Source: Heterodontus francisci
Taxonomy: Eukaryota
NCBI RefSeq assembly: GCF_036365525.1
Contig: NC_090374.1
Location: 102,077,682 to 102,141,681, forward strand
Direction of reading: 5' to 3'
DNA: 64,000 bases
Shown here: positions 50,656 to 63,605 of the stretch, piece after piece
Position numbering within the stretch: position 1 is the first letter of the stretch
How the letters are laid out: every line of letters begins with the position of its first letter
Position numbers and translations under genes: made by a program
Notes under the pieces: model-generated
Seen by the model: the letters and a program-made list of their open reading frames with translations, nothing else
What the model was told of the DNA's origin: nothing
Databases searched by the model: none

Positions 50656-52290
50656 GTAGCCTCAGCCCCCGGGACAAATCGGGAGGAAGACCCCAGGATC
50701 CACATAGTAGTGGTGTTAGGGGACCGGCATTGTGAAATTCTAGTGGACAGGGGCCACAGTTTCGATGACTGACTTATATTTGTGGGACGGTTAGATGGGG
50801 CTGAATCCGCCCAAGTGGCAGAATTAGTCGCTGTCACGGAGGCCCTGAGATATGCAGAAGGAATGAGACTAAGCGTGTACACCGAAAGTAGGTATGCCTT
50901 CGGGGTAGTGCACGATTATATGGGGCCTTGGGAGAGATGGGGCTTTAATACCTCATCGGGACTGCCTATTAAACATGAGCAGATAATACGGAATCTTACT
51001 GAAGCAGCCAGGTTACTGAAGGAGGCATCGGTTGTTAAGGTAAAAGCTTATTGGAAGGTAGTTAACAAAATTCAGGAGGGGAACCGAAGAGCGGACCAGG
51101 AGGCAAAGAAAGCCGCTGACTCCGAGCTGAAGGTAAGCGCTGCACTAAATAACGCGGAAGGCAATGACATCAGCATACCGCTCCTACACGCTGACATGCC
51201 GGAGGCGGAGAAGATGATGTAGGAGAAAAAGGGGCCAGATGGTAACTGGTGGTATGATGAGAGGGAGGTGGCGCTGGAATGCATCCACAGAATGCTACAG
51301 AATCCACAGAACCTGCACCATGGGCCCAGTCACTCGGGAAGGGAATCTATGATGCACTCCCTTGTCTGGGATTGGTGGTGGCCAGGAATGGGGTGAGACA
51401 TAGCAAAATACTGCCAGCAGTGTGTGACGTGCACTTAGTACAACACCAGGAAGCCACTCAAGGTCAAGTAGTCACACCAGCCTCGGCCGAGGGGTCCCTG
51501 GGAGAATGTACAGATAGACTTTACGGGACCCCTACCACCGAATAGGGGGAAATCATACTGTCTGGTACTCATAAACTAATTCACACAATGGATGGATGCC
51601 TTCCCAACCCAGGACTGCACTGCCACTATCGTGGCACGAATAATGGTCGAGGAGGTCATCCCCAGGTGGGGAGTGCTGGTGCAACTGGGCTCTGATCAGG
51701 GGAGCCACTTCACAGGAAGGATCAGTAAGGAATCCCGTAAACTGTTCGGTATCAAGCAGAGATTCTAATCCCTACTACCCCCAGAGCTCAGGAATGGTGG
51801 AGTGTATGAACAGGACCCTAAAGACAGCCCTAGCAAAAGCCTTCAAGGTGATCGGGCAGGCACAGGCAGACCTGCTGCCAACGGTCCTGATGAGGTTGCA
51901 GGCGACCCCCAGTTGGACTACAGGACTTACACCCTATGAGTTAATGACGGGGAGAGCCATGCGGCTCCCCGAGACTATCATCACGGGAGGACAGGATTTG
52001 GGACCGTTGAGGGAGATATGTGATATGTGAGGGAACTCTGTAAACAATTGAAAGATCTTAGGCAGGAGGCTAGAGATCAGCAGCAGGCAAAGGATCAGGA
52101 GCTAGAGCCGGAGGTGTGGGACATTCCTGAGGTAGGGGACATGGTAATGGTTAGGAACTACCCCAGAAGCCGGGGTTCACCCCACGTTAGATGCGGCCTT
52201 GCCCAATAATTATGACTCGTAACACCTGTGTGTGTGTGGAAATGAAAGGCAAAGGCCGATGGAAACATTGGACTCAATTAAAATGCGCTA
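50656..52290 (+). pseudogene. pol: ERV pol remnant: protease start, RNase H and integrase
   Basis: ILVDRG; SAQVAELVAVTEAL...YTESRYAFG...EGNRRADQEAK; H..H...WWPG...CQQCVTC; QIDFTGPLP, SDQGSHFTG, PQSSGMVECMNRTLK. Confidence 0.85.
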
Positions 52291-52602
52291 ATACCGGGGG
52301 CAGTCATTTTGGTACTGTGTACGGCAGACACAGCAGCATTGTGGGTAATGTGTACGTGACTGTCGGCATGTTGTGGTTTCGACCTTTATCAACGCTGATG
52401 TCTGTGAGACTCGCTGAGAAGTGCTGCTGCACTCTGGAATGAGGAGTGTGCAGAGACTTCTCCCTTGCAAGTAAAAAATAAACGGTACACTGTTAGCTCC
52501 ATCAGACAGTGTGGTGAGTCGTTAATTGATTTTAATTGATTTCCGACAACAAAGAGTCCATGGCATTCATTATTGCTGAGAACACTGAGGATGAGGGTTG
52601 TT

Positions 52603-52710
52603 AATAAAAACAAGAAATGCTGGAACCACTCAGCAGGTCTGGCAGCATCTGTGGAAAGAGAAGCAGAGTTAACGTTCCGGGTCAGTGACCCTTCATCGGT
52701 TCCGATGAAG
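52603..52710 (-). mobile_element. Short Penelope-derived terminal repeat with degenerate hammerhead and a small 5' inversion
   Basis: Minus CCGATGA-A-GGGTC-ACT-GACCC-GGAAC; inverted repeat CTTCATCGG-TT-CCGATGAAG at 52691-52710. Confidence 0.65.
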
Positions 52711-53139
52711 CTGCCAGTCGTCTGATGGGGCTAGTAGCATGGAGAGCCAGCCGCCATCCTTAATTGGACTGGGGGCCTGGCATTTGTCAATTAAGAGGCT
52801 GGCACCAGGAAGATTGCTGCCACAGTCCCACTGGAGGCCCTGGAGCCGCATATATCCCCAACATCGGGACTTAACCCCTTCTGAGAAAAACCCAGCCACT
52901 ATTTTCTCTAATATTGAAGGATTTGCACTAAAACTTTACCGTGAAGATGTGTAGGTATCTACAAGAACTCAGAGTCTTGCTTACTTATTATTATGTTCAA
53001 GATAAATTGTCGATAAATCAAGATTTTCTCAATTTCTTGTTCAACACATGTTTCTGCTGGACTAAGGCATTTTTTGATTTTTTTTAATGAATGATAACCA
53101 GCTACTTTGAGAAGTGTTGAAGTATTACTATAGATGGGG

Positions 53140-54107
53140 TGTTATGTCAATGTGCTTTGTTGAATGATAATTTTCTTTATTCCACAGACTGGAGATCTGA
53201 ATTTCAAATTTTTAAAAAGACATTTTTTAAATACCAGTTTAAAGGATGACTTTGCTGGCAGCTTACGATGGCTACCTAATTTGCAATACTGTATCTACAC
53301 TGCAATGCTTAGGAGGAGGGAGACAAAATGTCTGCTCATGCCCCAGCAAGAATCAAGACCCAGGAAGTTTAAAGGACCTACCTGTTCTTTTTAGCAAGCA
53401 GAGAAATATTGCTAACTGCTATGTTTGAATGACTGAGTGACTGTCATGTGACAAGCCCCTCCCCATCTGTGATTTTAATCTTGTGTCTTTCTGCAGCAGA
53501 GAGAGGAGAAGCAACTGGACTCTGACATGTGAGGGTCTCTCTCTCTCTCTCTGTCTCTCTTTCTCTCCATTCCAGCTTGAAAGCTTTCAAATCCAGCCTG
53601 TTGGCTGACCACCTCTGCATACTCAGGCTACAATCAGAAACCCAGTTGGAGGAAATCATCCGCATCGCTGTCTCTAAGAGATCCACCGTACCAGTCATCT
53701 ACCTATTCAAACTAAAAGCCTCATGGCCACTGAATTCAGTTAGAAGCCAGCTGAATCACCAAACCCCACAGACTGTATACCCTTTTTTTTCGATGGACTC
53801 TACCTTTCCCCACTCTGCAACCTATTTGTGTGGGTGTAAATCTCCAGAGTGTGTGTGTGAGTGAAATTTGGTGCATCGTTTATTATTTTTATTAGTTCAA
53901 TTTAGGTACAATAAAGTTAACCTCTTTCTTTGTTATCTCAAGAAAACCTGTCTGATTGGTTCTTGTTGTGATCATAGCAAGTAAGTAATCAAACACTTAC
54001 TGAATTTGCCAGTACATCTACTTTAAAAAAGAATTAAACCTGTTGTGGTCAAACAAGGAGAGGGAAAAGAGGGAAGCCCTTCGACCCCTCCTCACTTAAC
54101 CGTAACA
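53140..54107 (+). mobile_element. Probable solo LTR
   Basis: TGTTA...TAACA termini, internal (CT)n and (GT)n, AATAAA near 53910; TSD not resolved. Confidence 0.6.
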
Positions 54108-54228
54108 TTATGTTCAGGACAACCTTCACTCCGCCACCCACTCAATTTTACGAAACCCCGCCCCCCCACCACCAGCCCGCTCGTTGGGGGGCTGTAAAAT
54201 TCCAACCTCCAATTTAACTCAGCATTCT

Positions 54229-57200
54229 GGCATGAATTTCCTGAGCTGTCGGAAACTTGTGAGGGTCAACAAGGTGAGAGCACCGTGGGGATCCATTACT
54301 GTGTGAAATTGACAGGCTGGAAAGCCTTTAAAGACTGAAACTGTATAGCTGCTTCTCTGTCTATGTGAAAGACTTATGCTCACAGAACTTGTTCTGACAG
54401 TGTGCTTTCACTACTTTACAGGTGATTTCCAACTTTTTGGAAGATGTTTCAACTATCTTGGACTTTGTTGACTTTGATCTACAGTTCTCTGCTGTCAGTC
54501 TGATGAGGAACAAGAGGGGAAGCAGAAGGTGCATCAGAAGCAACACCAACGGCAGCAGCAGCTGCCTTCTCCTCAGCGACATGCTGCTCCACAGGACAGA
54601 GGGGATGGACACAGACATCCAGCTCGAAGGAGGCGAAACCCCCAGCACAGGTCTCTAGTCGAAGGATCAGCTTTCTCCATGATGGAGCAAAAGTATCTCA
54701 GGAGGCTCAGGTTTTCACAACAGATTGTTTCTGACATCTGTAGCCTCCTGGAACAAGTGGAACAAGACCTCTTTCTCAGTGGGCCAGGCGGACAGACACT
54801 GTCAATGGCTGACAAGGTCACCATAGCCTGAATTTCATTGTATCCAACTCCTTCCAGGCATCTGCTGGTGATTCACTATCTGCTGCCCACAAGTGTACCT
54901 GCCAGGTGACCAATGCCATGTTTGCCAAGGATGCTACTTACCTCCACTTTGATACTGATGAGTCTAGTGGGACACAGAGGGCTCTTGTATTTGCTGCAGT
55001 GGCTGGATTCCCACAAGTTCAGGGAGTCATTGACTGCATACATATGGTAATCAAGGCATCCTCAGATCATTCAGGGCTATTTTTCAGTCGAAAGGGATTC
55101 CCCTCCTTCAATGTTCAGCTATTAAATGACCATCAAAATGTTGTCATGCATGTCTGTGCAAGATATCCTAGAAGCTGCCGTGATGCCTTCATTCTGTGTC
55201 AGTCATGTGTCCCACAGGTCTTTGTACCTTTGAGCTGAATCAGCAGGTGGCTTCTTGGAGACAAGGGCCACCCTCTAAGGAGGCACATGACACCCATGAG
55301 GAGCCCTACCACTGATGCAGAGGAAAGATACAATTGGAGTCACCTGAGCACAAGAATTATCATTGAGCAAGCCATTGGGTCGTTGAAGATGTGATTCAGG
55401 TGCCTAGACAGATCTGGGGGCGCTCTTCAGTATGCACCAGTAATAATAGAGAATGATAGTGGTCTGCTGAGACTTGCACAACATTGTGCTGCAGAGAGGA
55501 CTGGAGCTGCAGGAGGAGGAAGGTACAGATCATTCTGCAGCCACTGATGAGGAAGAGCCTGATGTGGCAGCCACTCACCTAGCTGCCAGAGAAGCCTGTG
55601 ACGCGTTCATACAGGCATGCTTCAGATAATCTGAGTGTGTAAAGCCGTATGGCACAGCAAAGCTGAACCCACTGCCCCCACCACACCCCACCAAAACACA
55701 AATCATTCTCACAGTCAGAAATCCCTCCATCTCATTGACACCCTTTACTCATCTTCCACTCAGGTCATGGCATTTTCCTGAAGACTTATGTCCACTTGGA
55801 AGGTGAAAGGCAACAATGGAAATGATTAAACTATGGAAAATGCGTGATTCATTTACCCTTTGCAATACATTAACATACTGACATTTTTATAATCACCCAG
55901 GTGAATCCATGTGCAACTAAAAAGCCTTTCTTTTCCTTTTCCTATTATTTCTATGTACTACCACACCTGTGACTGCAGCACAAGTAGAGGCAGGCTGCTT
56001 ATTACCCTGCTCTAACAGCTAACATTCCTATGGCAATGTCCTCTGGGTTTTGGAGCCAAACACTGCCCCACCTACACCTGTGCAGGGGCAGACTCGGTCA
56101 TCGGGGGAGGAGACAGTATGTGGTGCTCTGACTGGGGGTGGGGGGGGGGGGTGGGTGGTGGGATGTTGGTGGGGGTTCAAGGAATGAGAAATGGGAGCGC
56201 CTTGAGCAGAGCCCCCACTTCCATGTGCTCTTTCTCCATCTTCCCTCTCATGGACCATCTGCATTTCACTGCTAGCCAAGAGCTGGAGAGCACTTCACTG
56301 CATGTCAGTGAGGTGCTGAATGGTCAAGGTGAAGCTTTCCTCCATCTTACTTAAAATGTCAGATTGAGTGTGTAGGTCATTGGTCAGGGCAAGCATGCAC
56401 TTGGTTGCCTGCTGCATCTGATTGTCCTTGCAGGTGGCCACTCTTTCCATGGACATCAGCACAAATACCTGAGACATCATGGCATTCATGGTCTAGACAA
56501 TCTCCTCCAGTCTCTCTCCAAGGGTATGCAGTGCCTTTGGAAAGGCTGACAGAACCTCACACATTTCCCATTGCTGCTTCAGAACAGCCCTGTTCCTGCA
56601 TAACCCACAAGACTCAGCATCTGTGTCTAGTTGAGAGGAGCTTGGACTGTTCTGCACACTCTGACAGGGACTCTCCACTGTTGTCCCTGTCTATAACACC
56701 TGCTCCTGCTCACTTGTGATATGCAGCTGCAGCTCACCATGTGACAACCTAGCTATCTCCTTTGGAGTCCCCACTGAGGTGTGTGTATATCTGTGCTAGT
56801 GGAGGATCCATATGAATCTTGTGACAGTGCTCCCTCAGAGTGCACAACCTCCTGTGAGGACACCTTAGCCTCCTCATGCTCCAGATCCTGTGAAACACTT
56901 GAACGATATGTGGGAGAAGAAATACATGAATTAGAAATGGCATGGAGAAAGGGTAAAAAGTCATCATTGTGCAGATGTTCTCATTTCAGTAAGTGATGAG
57001 AGCAAATAGACATTAATCATTGTTATGTGCTACGTGACAGTGTGATTTCTAATTCTATCACCAGTTCTCTGGGAAACCCCAATGGCCAAGCACTGTGCCA
57101 CCCTGCCATTATCCAAGGCCTCCTCCTCTGCAGTAGTCAGGGTGGCTATCATTGGAGGGCCACCCCCAGTTCTCTGCCTCTTCCTAGAGTTCTACACTCT

Positions 57201-57615
57201 CTTCGTCTGCAAGGGCTGAAAGCAGAGAGTTATGAGTGTGAGAGTTGGGTAGTGTGGAGAGGATGGAATGATAATGATTTGTGGATGCTGACTGTGAAGG
57301 ATAGACGCGTGATGGCACTAAGCTGAAGGGGAGTGTCAGTGTTGGCTGTTCAGTTGGGGATGTGAGGAGGTGCCTCAAGAGAGTGGAGCTGAAGGGTGCA
57401 TTGCCCTGAGGAGTGTTGTGCAGGAGAATGCTGGGAAAGTCAGACTGTGGGTGTTGGCACCTAAAAAGCCACTCACATTTTCTGCCCTCATGAGGTTATT
57501 GAATGTCTTGTGACACTGAATCCAGGTGTGAGGGACTACATTCCTGCTGCTGACTTTGCCCGCCACTTCCAGACACACCTGCTTGGTCTGAAAGGCTGCC
57601 CTCTTCCTTCCATCC
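54229..57615 (+). mobile_element. Decayed autonomous-type PIF/Harbinger: transposase (+) and convergent Myb/SANT-like gene (-)
   Basis: Transposase at about 54480-55630: [55 protein letters not shown]. Minus-strand WIQCHKTFNNL near 57520 with spliced exon remnants down to about 55900. Confidence 0.85.
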
Positions 57616-58350
57616 GATTAGTGATTAGTGATTGTAAGAAGTGTGAAATCTGTAAAAATTATTGTAGGACGCCACCATGTCATATTGTAAGCCTTTCTTT
57701 GGCACATGCCTTTAATAGGGTAGTTGCCATGGATATAAAGGAAAAAGACAAATATTTTCATTTTTACATTTCTTAGACCTGCCAACCAAATTTAGTCTTT
57801 CTACAATAACAGTAAGGACAAAAGGGTGATTATAGACAAAATCATGGAGAAATGGCTCGGGACCAGACTTGGGGTGCCAGTGAAGTTTCTGACTGATAAT
57901 GGAGGGGAATTTGCCAGTGATGAATTCAGAGATGTGTGAAAACATCAACATCACGGTCATGAATAACGCAGTTGAAAATCCTTTCAGCAATAGACCCTGA
58001 AAGGAATCATGAAGTGATCAATGAAATGCCACATAAAATTTGAGCTGATCAACCAGACTGCAAGTTGACATCCACAATGGCATGAGCAGTGCATGCAAAT
58101 AATTCACTCCAGATGGCTGAATGGTATAGCCCTATCAGTTAATCTATGGGCGAAATCCCAAAGTGCCTTCTGGTCTGTACAATAGTCCTCCTTCTGCTAT
58201 AGAAGGTACTACAATTAGTTCTATTTTTTTCTGCACACTTGAATGCTTTACATTCGGGCTTTCATCAAGGCTGTGTTTTCAGAGAAAATTCAGAGAGCTC
58301 TGAGCCATCATATAAGACCATCCTGGACAGAATTTAATTCAGGAGATTTA

Positions 58351-58869
58351 AAGCAGGAGTACAAAGGCTGCAGGCATGGAAATGCATGCTGCTGGCTGGC
58401 TGCGGTTTGGCAGCACCGTCCCTTCCCCCAGGTCATTTCCCAGTGGCTGGATGGGGGTTGGAAAGGTAAATGATGTAGTTTAATGGCCTATTAAGGCCAA
58501 TTGTCAGAGGTCGACTGGAATTTTCCTACAACCTGCATGCCCAGCTGCTGTGGCTATTTTTAAATTTAATGCTATTAAAATGTGCAGAGATGGCACTTCA
58601 AAATGGAGGTGCCTTCTCTCTTTCTTTCTCTCTCTCTCTTACCTGAACTGCAGGCTGCTGTTCCTTCTGAACTGGAGAGCCTCCTATTGGCCTTCCAGCT
58701 TTGAGAGCCCGCCTGCTGTCCTTAATTGGATGGCAAGCTTGCCTTCTGGCCACTAATTGGCCAATTTGGAGAAAACCACTGCCAAGTGACTGTTTCCCAC
58801 ACAGTGCAGGGCTGTGACCCCCACTTGGCCCTGATGTAAGGGTCCTGACCCAAGGGGAAAATTCTGCTC
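58351..58869. mobile_element. Harbinger-type non-autonomous element (MITE) inside the Copia
   Basis: Ends AAGCAGGAGT and reverse-complement GAGCAGAATT; 3-bp TSD TTA/TTG; the host reading GDL|VYYKR rejoins. Confidence 0.7.
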
Positions 58870-58897
58870 TTGGTGTATTATAAAAGAGAAGACCATA

Positions 58898-59883
58898 GTT
58901 ACTAGTGGTGTACCGCAAGGATCTGTTTTGGGGCCACTGCTGTTTGTCATTTTTATAAATGACTTGGAAGAGGGTGTAGAAGGGTGGTTTAGTAAATTTG
59001 CGGATGACACTAAGGTCGGTGGAGTTGTGGATAGTGCCGAAGGATGTTGTAGGTTACAGAGGGACATAGATAGGCTGCAGAGCTGGGCTGAGAGATGGCA
59101 AATGGAGTTTAATGCGGAAAAGTGCGAGGTGATTCACTTTGGAAGGAGTAACAGGAATGCAGAGTACTGGGCTAATGGGAAGATTCTTGGTAGTGTAGAT
59201 GAACAGAGAGATCTTGGTGTCCAGGTGCATAAATCCCTGAAGGTTGCTACCCAGGTTAATAGGGCTGTTAAGAAGGCATATGGTGTGTTAGCTTTTATTA
59301 GTAGGGGGATCGAGTTTCGGAGCCACGAGGTCATGCTGCAGCTGTACAAAACTCTGGTGAGACCGCACCTGGAGTATTGCGTGCAGTTCTGGTCACCGCA
59401 TTATAGGAAGGATGTGGAAGCTATAGAAAGGGTGCAGAGGAGATTTGCTAGGATGTTGCCTGGTATGGAGGGAAGGTCTTACGAGGAAAGGCTGAGGGAC
59501 TTGAGGTTGTTTTCGTTGGAGAGAAGGAGGAGGAGAGGTGACTTAATAGAGACATATAAGATAATCAGAGGGTTAGATAGGGTGGATAGTGAGAGTCTTT
59601 TTCCTCGGATGGTGATGGCAAACACGAGGGGACATAGCTTTAAGTTGAGGGGTGATAGATATAGGACAGATGTCAGAGGTAGTTTCTTTACTCAGAGAGT
59701 AGTAGGGGCGTGGAACGCCCTGCCTGCAGCAGTAGTAGACTCGCCAACTTTAAGGGCATTTAAGTGGTCATTGGATAGACATATGGATGAAAATGGAATA
59801 GTGTAGGTCAGATGGTTTCACAGGTCGGCGCAACATCGAAGGCCGAAGGGCCTGTACTGCGCTGTAATGTTCTAAAAAAAAAA
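58898..59883 (+). mobile_element. Young 5'-truncated CR1, same subfamily as 13076-17423
   Basis: The 292-aa open frame is nearly identical to the C-terminus of ORF2 at 13148; same 3' UTR; A tail; ATAG duplicated at the junctions. Confidence 0.95.
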
Positions 59884-61259
59884 TAGGGAATAGAAAGGCT
59901 GTGGTAAGGTAACAGGTTCTGATGGTAAGACAGTACTTATCAAACCTGGCAACCAAACTCTTAAGGTTCACCCCTCATGATTAATTGGAGTTAATTACAA
60001 AATGTTGGACTGTGAGCAAGTGATAAAAGTAAATGAGGCTCCTCGTACCTCAACTGCTCATATGTTTTGTGATGAAGGTCCTGAGGAATAGAGTACAGTT
60101 GATCAAGTCCTGTATATTGGTATTGTGAGTGATCATGACACACAGGACAGAGATATCACATCCAAAGGCTAATTGCCCGAAATGGCTACTCAGATGAGGA
60201 TATATTCCAGGGGGGTCAAGTGAATGGAGGGGTGTGACAATTGTGAGCTGGGTAGGAAAAGCTACTGGCAAGTTTATGTATTGGTTGAATGTTCAGGATG
60301 ATGGCCAAAAAGTGAGGTCCATGGACTAGTAGAATGTGGTGAAAGAGTAAGGAAGTGCAGTGCAAGTACTGATGGAGGGTCCTGATGTGACTCTTGTGTC
60401 AGAAAATGATCACACACTGGAGAAAGACCCTCCCATAGTGCAAAAGGGAGATCTCGCAATAGTAGTCCTGACAGACATAAAAATACAAGTAGAGGCCATA
60501 GCTTGAATAGACTACACAACGAGATACAGGCCACGGAACAGTCTCAGAACGCAATTGGAAGCAGAAATCTTCAAGATCGTGAAATTTTGGTGGCTGCCAA
60601 TAAACTTGAGGATAAGCTAAAAACGGAGGCAAAACAAAGGGAATTGGAGAGAGTTTGGAATTTATTCTAAGGTACCAGATTCGGGGAAACCAGCTTTGTC
60701 ACACAGGTGGATTTGTATTGGAAAAGCTTACAGATGGGACTTATAAGGCTAAAGTGAGATGAGTTGCTAGGGGTTTTGAATAGCGACTGGCTGATACAAA
60801 TATTAGAGTGGATTCTTCCATAGCTGGAAAAGTAATCTTGAAAATCTTTTTACCTCTTTTATCCATCTAATCATGGCAGTGCAGATCAATTGACATAAAA
60901 GCCTTGTTTCTACAGGGCGATACTTTTCAGAGAGAAGTGTTTATGAAACTGCCCAAAGAAGCAGCAAATGCAGAAGGAAAACTATGGAAATTAAACAAGT
61001 GTGTCTATGATCTAAATAATTCAGGGTATGGTATTTTTCGTTGAGATCTTGACTGCTGAAAATAGGTTGTGTTTAACTAAAAGCAGATCCTGCATTGTTT
61101 TATTAATATCATAAAGGGAAACTTTCAGGCATATTTTTGATGCATATTGATTTCTTATGGGGTGGTACTGTGGAATTTGAGAAATGTGTTATTAATAAGA
61201 ATAGCAAAGAATTTAAATTTGGGAGTCGGGCTTATGAGGCTTTTAAATATATGGGTTTA

Positions 61260-62030
61260 GTCCTGGGGAAAGTCCTGGGGAAAATTGATGTCCAGAGAGA
61301 TTTGGGTGTTCAGGTCCACTGTTCCCTGAAGGTGGCAACGCAGGTAAATAGAGTGGTCAAGAAGGCATACGGCATGCTTTCCTTCATCGGACGGGGCATT
61401 GAGTACAAGAGTTGGCAGGTCATGTTACAGTTGTATAGGACTTTGGTTCGGCCACATTTGGAATACTGCGTACAGTTCTGGTCGCCACATTATCAAAAGG
61501 ATGTGGATGCTTTGGAGAGGGTGCAGAGGAGGTTCACCAGGATGTTGCCTGGTATGGAGGGCGCTAGCTATGAAGAGAGGTTGAGTAGATTAGGATTATT
61601 TTCATTAGAAAGACGGAGGTTGAGGGGGGACCTGATTGAGGTGTACAAAATCATGAGAGGTATAGACAGGGTGGACAGCAAGAGGCTTTTTCCCAGAGTG
61701 GGGGTTTCAATTACGAGAGGACACGAGTTCAAAGTGAAAGGGGAAATGTTTAGGGGGGATATGCGTGGAAAGTTCTTTACGCAGAGGGTGGTGGGCACCT
61801 GGAACGCGTTGCCAGCGGAGGTGATAGACGCGGGCACGATGGAGTCTTTTAAGATATATCTAGACAGATACATGAATGGGCAGGAAGAAAAGAGATACAG
61901 AACCTTAGAAAATAGGCGACATGTTTAGAGAGAGGATCTGGATCGGCGCAGGCTTGGAGGGCCGAAGGGCCTGTTCCTGTGCTGTAATTAGCTTTGTTCT
62001 TTTGTTCTTTGTAAATATTAAGCAGAGTAG
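61260..62030 (+). mobile_element. 5'-truncated CR1 inside the Copia RT
   Basis: QRDLGVQVH...WNALP; (TTTGTTCT)n tail; the host reading YMGL|NIKQ rejoins. Confidence 0.92.
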
Positions 62031-63294
62031 GTCTGGAATAACTTTAAATCAGCAATCCTATTTAGAGAGTGTTACTGCCATCCCAGTTAATTGTACTAGG
62101 TCATCACGGAAAGCTGATGTTTTATCAATCGAAGATACAGAGCAACAGCAAAGTGTGATTGGCCAGTTGAACTAGTTGTGCACTACGATGAGCCCAAATG
62201 CTAGCTTTGATCTGTCGGATTTAAGTACTATGATGAAACACCCAAATTAGAAAATGTTTTAAGGGCAAATAAAACATTGAAAAAAATTAAATCTGAAGAA
62301 ATGCATATTTAAGTTCCTATCCTTAGATAACCCAAAAGATATGAAACTAGTCATTCTAGCGATGCTTCACCTGCTAATCTTCCTGAGACCAACGTGCATT
62401 ATGAATATGCCTGAAAGTTTCCGTATATGATACTAATAAAACATTGCGGGATCTGCTTTTAGTTGAACACAACCTATTTTCAGCAATACAGATCTCAATG
62501 AAACATACCACACTTTAGATCATTCAGAACATAGAGACATTTGTTTTGTTTCTATAGTTCATCTTCTGGTTTCATAACATTTCTCCTGGGTGATAATGGG
62601 AAATTTCATCCATTAACTTGGGAAGGTAAGAAAATAAAAAGGGCTGTGAAATGTACTTTAGCTGCTGAAAATGCTGGCTGTTGAGGAGGCGATGGATATG
62701 GGATTCTATTTGTCAAATATTTTAAGTGAGATTCTGTACAAGAGGTGTACCGAAGATAGTATACCCATCAAATGTTATATCGATAAATGTTCATTGTGGG
62801 ATAATGTACAGCCTATGAAAAGTGTAAGTGAGAAAAGGTTGCAGAATGACCTTGCTGGCTTGAAACAAATGCTGGAGAGAAAGGAGATCTCTAAAAATTA
62901 AATGGGTGAATGCAAGTCATCAACCGATTTTTTTACAAAAAAAAATGCATGTGCAAAGAAATTGTTAGGGGTCCTAGAGGAGGGACATCTCACAATGTAA
63001 GGCTTTGTGCGGAATGTGGAAGTTTTTAATTAATTTGTTGTGAAATTTTGGGTGTGCATGTTAGCTCTAATTTTTATTTAGAGAGAGAAGGTAATCTATT
63101 AATTGTAGATTAATTGTATGCAAGTGGTGGGAATTCACTTGAGCCCCTATTAAAAGATACAGACTAAAACAGTGGTTGTTGGGTTAGAAGGTGTATGCTT
63201 ATAATGTGTAACTCTGTAAATAAATATAAAAGTGTGTAAAGGTTGGCTCAGTTCTACCCTTCAGCAACTGGCTTTCTGGAATAGAACACTGAGT

Positions 63295-63605
63295 AGAAAA
63301 ATGATGTGCTATTCCTTGAGCTCATTTCGAACTTCATTGGAATAGTGTAGAAAACCAAGGACAGAGGTCAGAATAGGAGTGGGATAGATACTTAAAATGA
63401 CAAGCGACCAGATGCTCAGGATCATGCTTGCTGACTGAATGGAGGTATACAGCAAAGCTGTAAATCACACAATCACACAATCTGCATTTGGTCTCCCAAA
63501 TGTAGAGGACACCACATTTTGAGCAGAGAAAATAGTCTACTAAATTGGAAGAAGTACAAATAAATTCCTGTTTCATCCAGAAGAAATATTTGAGGCCCTG
63601 AATGG
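63295..63605 (-). mobile_element. Penelope-like GIY-YIG endonuclease fragment
   Basis: FICTSSNLV...CSKCGVLYIWETKCRL...VACHF. Confidence 0.8.

Larger units (their letters stand above)
48796..52551 (+). mobile_element. Endogenous retrovirus (class I-like), internally deleted (no RT, no env)
   Basis: 5' LTR 48796-49181 (TG...CA), tRNA-Ser PBS, gag, pro start, RNase H, integrase, truncated 3' LTR 52311-52551, 4-bp TSD AAGA (48792-48795 and 52552-52555). Confidence 0.88.
57620..63288 (+). mobile_element. Decayed Ty1/Copia LTR retrotransposon (integrase, RT, RNase H, 3' LTR) with nested insertions
   Basis: CKKCEIC...FNRVVAMDIKE, LTDNGGEF; RT VARGFE, IDIKALFLQG, LWKLNKCVY, MHID-FLWGG; RH SDAS, LAVEEAMD, KSVSEKRLQNDL. 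Purine tract at 63080-63091, then a short LTR at about 63097-63288 ending in CA. Confidence 0.85.

Noticed and set aside
54480-55630. Domesticated HARBI1 gene
   Set aside because: Multiple stops and frameshifts, paired with a convergent Myb-like gene as in a transposon.
61137-61928. 263-aa Copia-RT/CR1 fusion ORF
   Set aside because: In-frame coincidence at an insertion junction; TTG start and a decayed Copia part.
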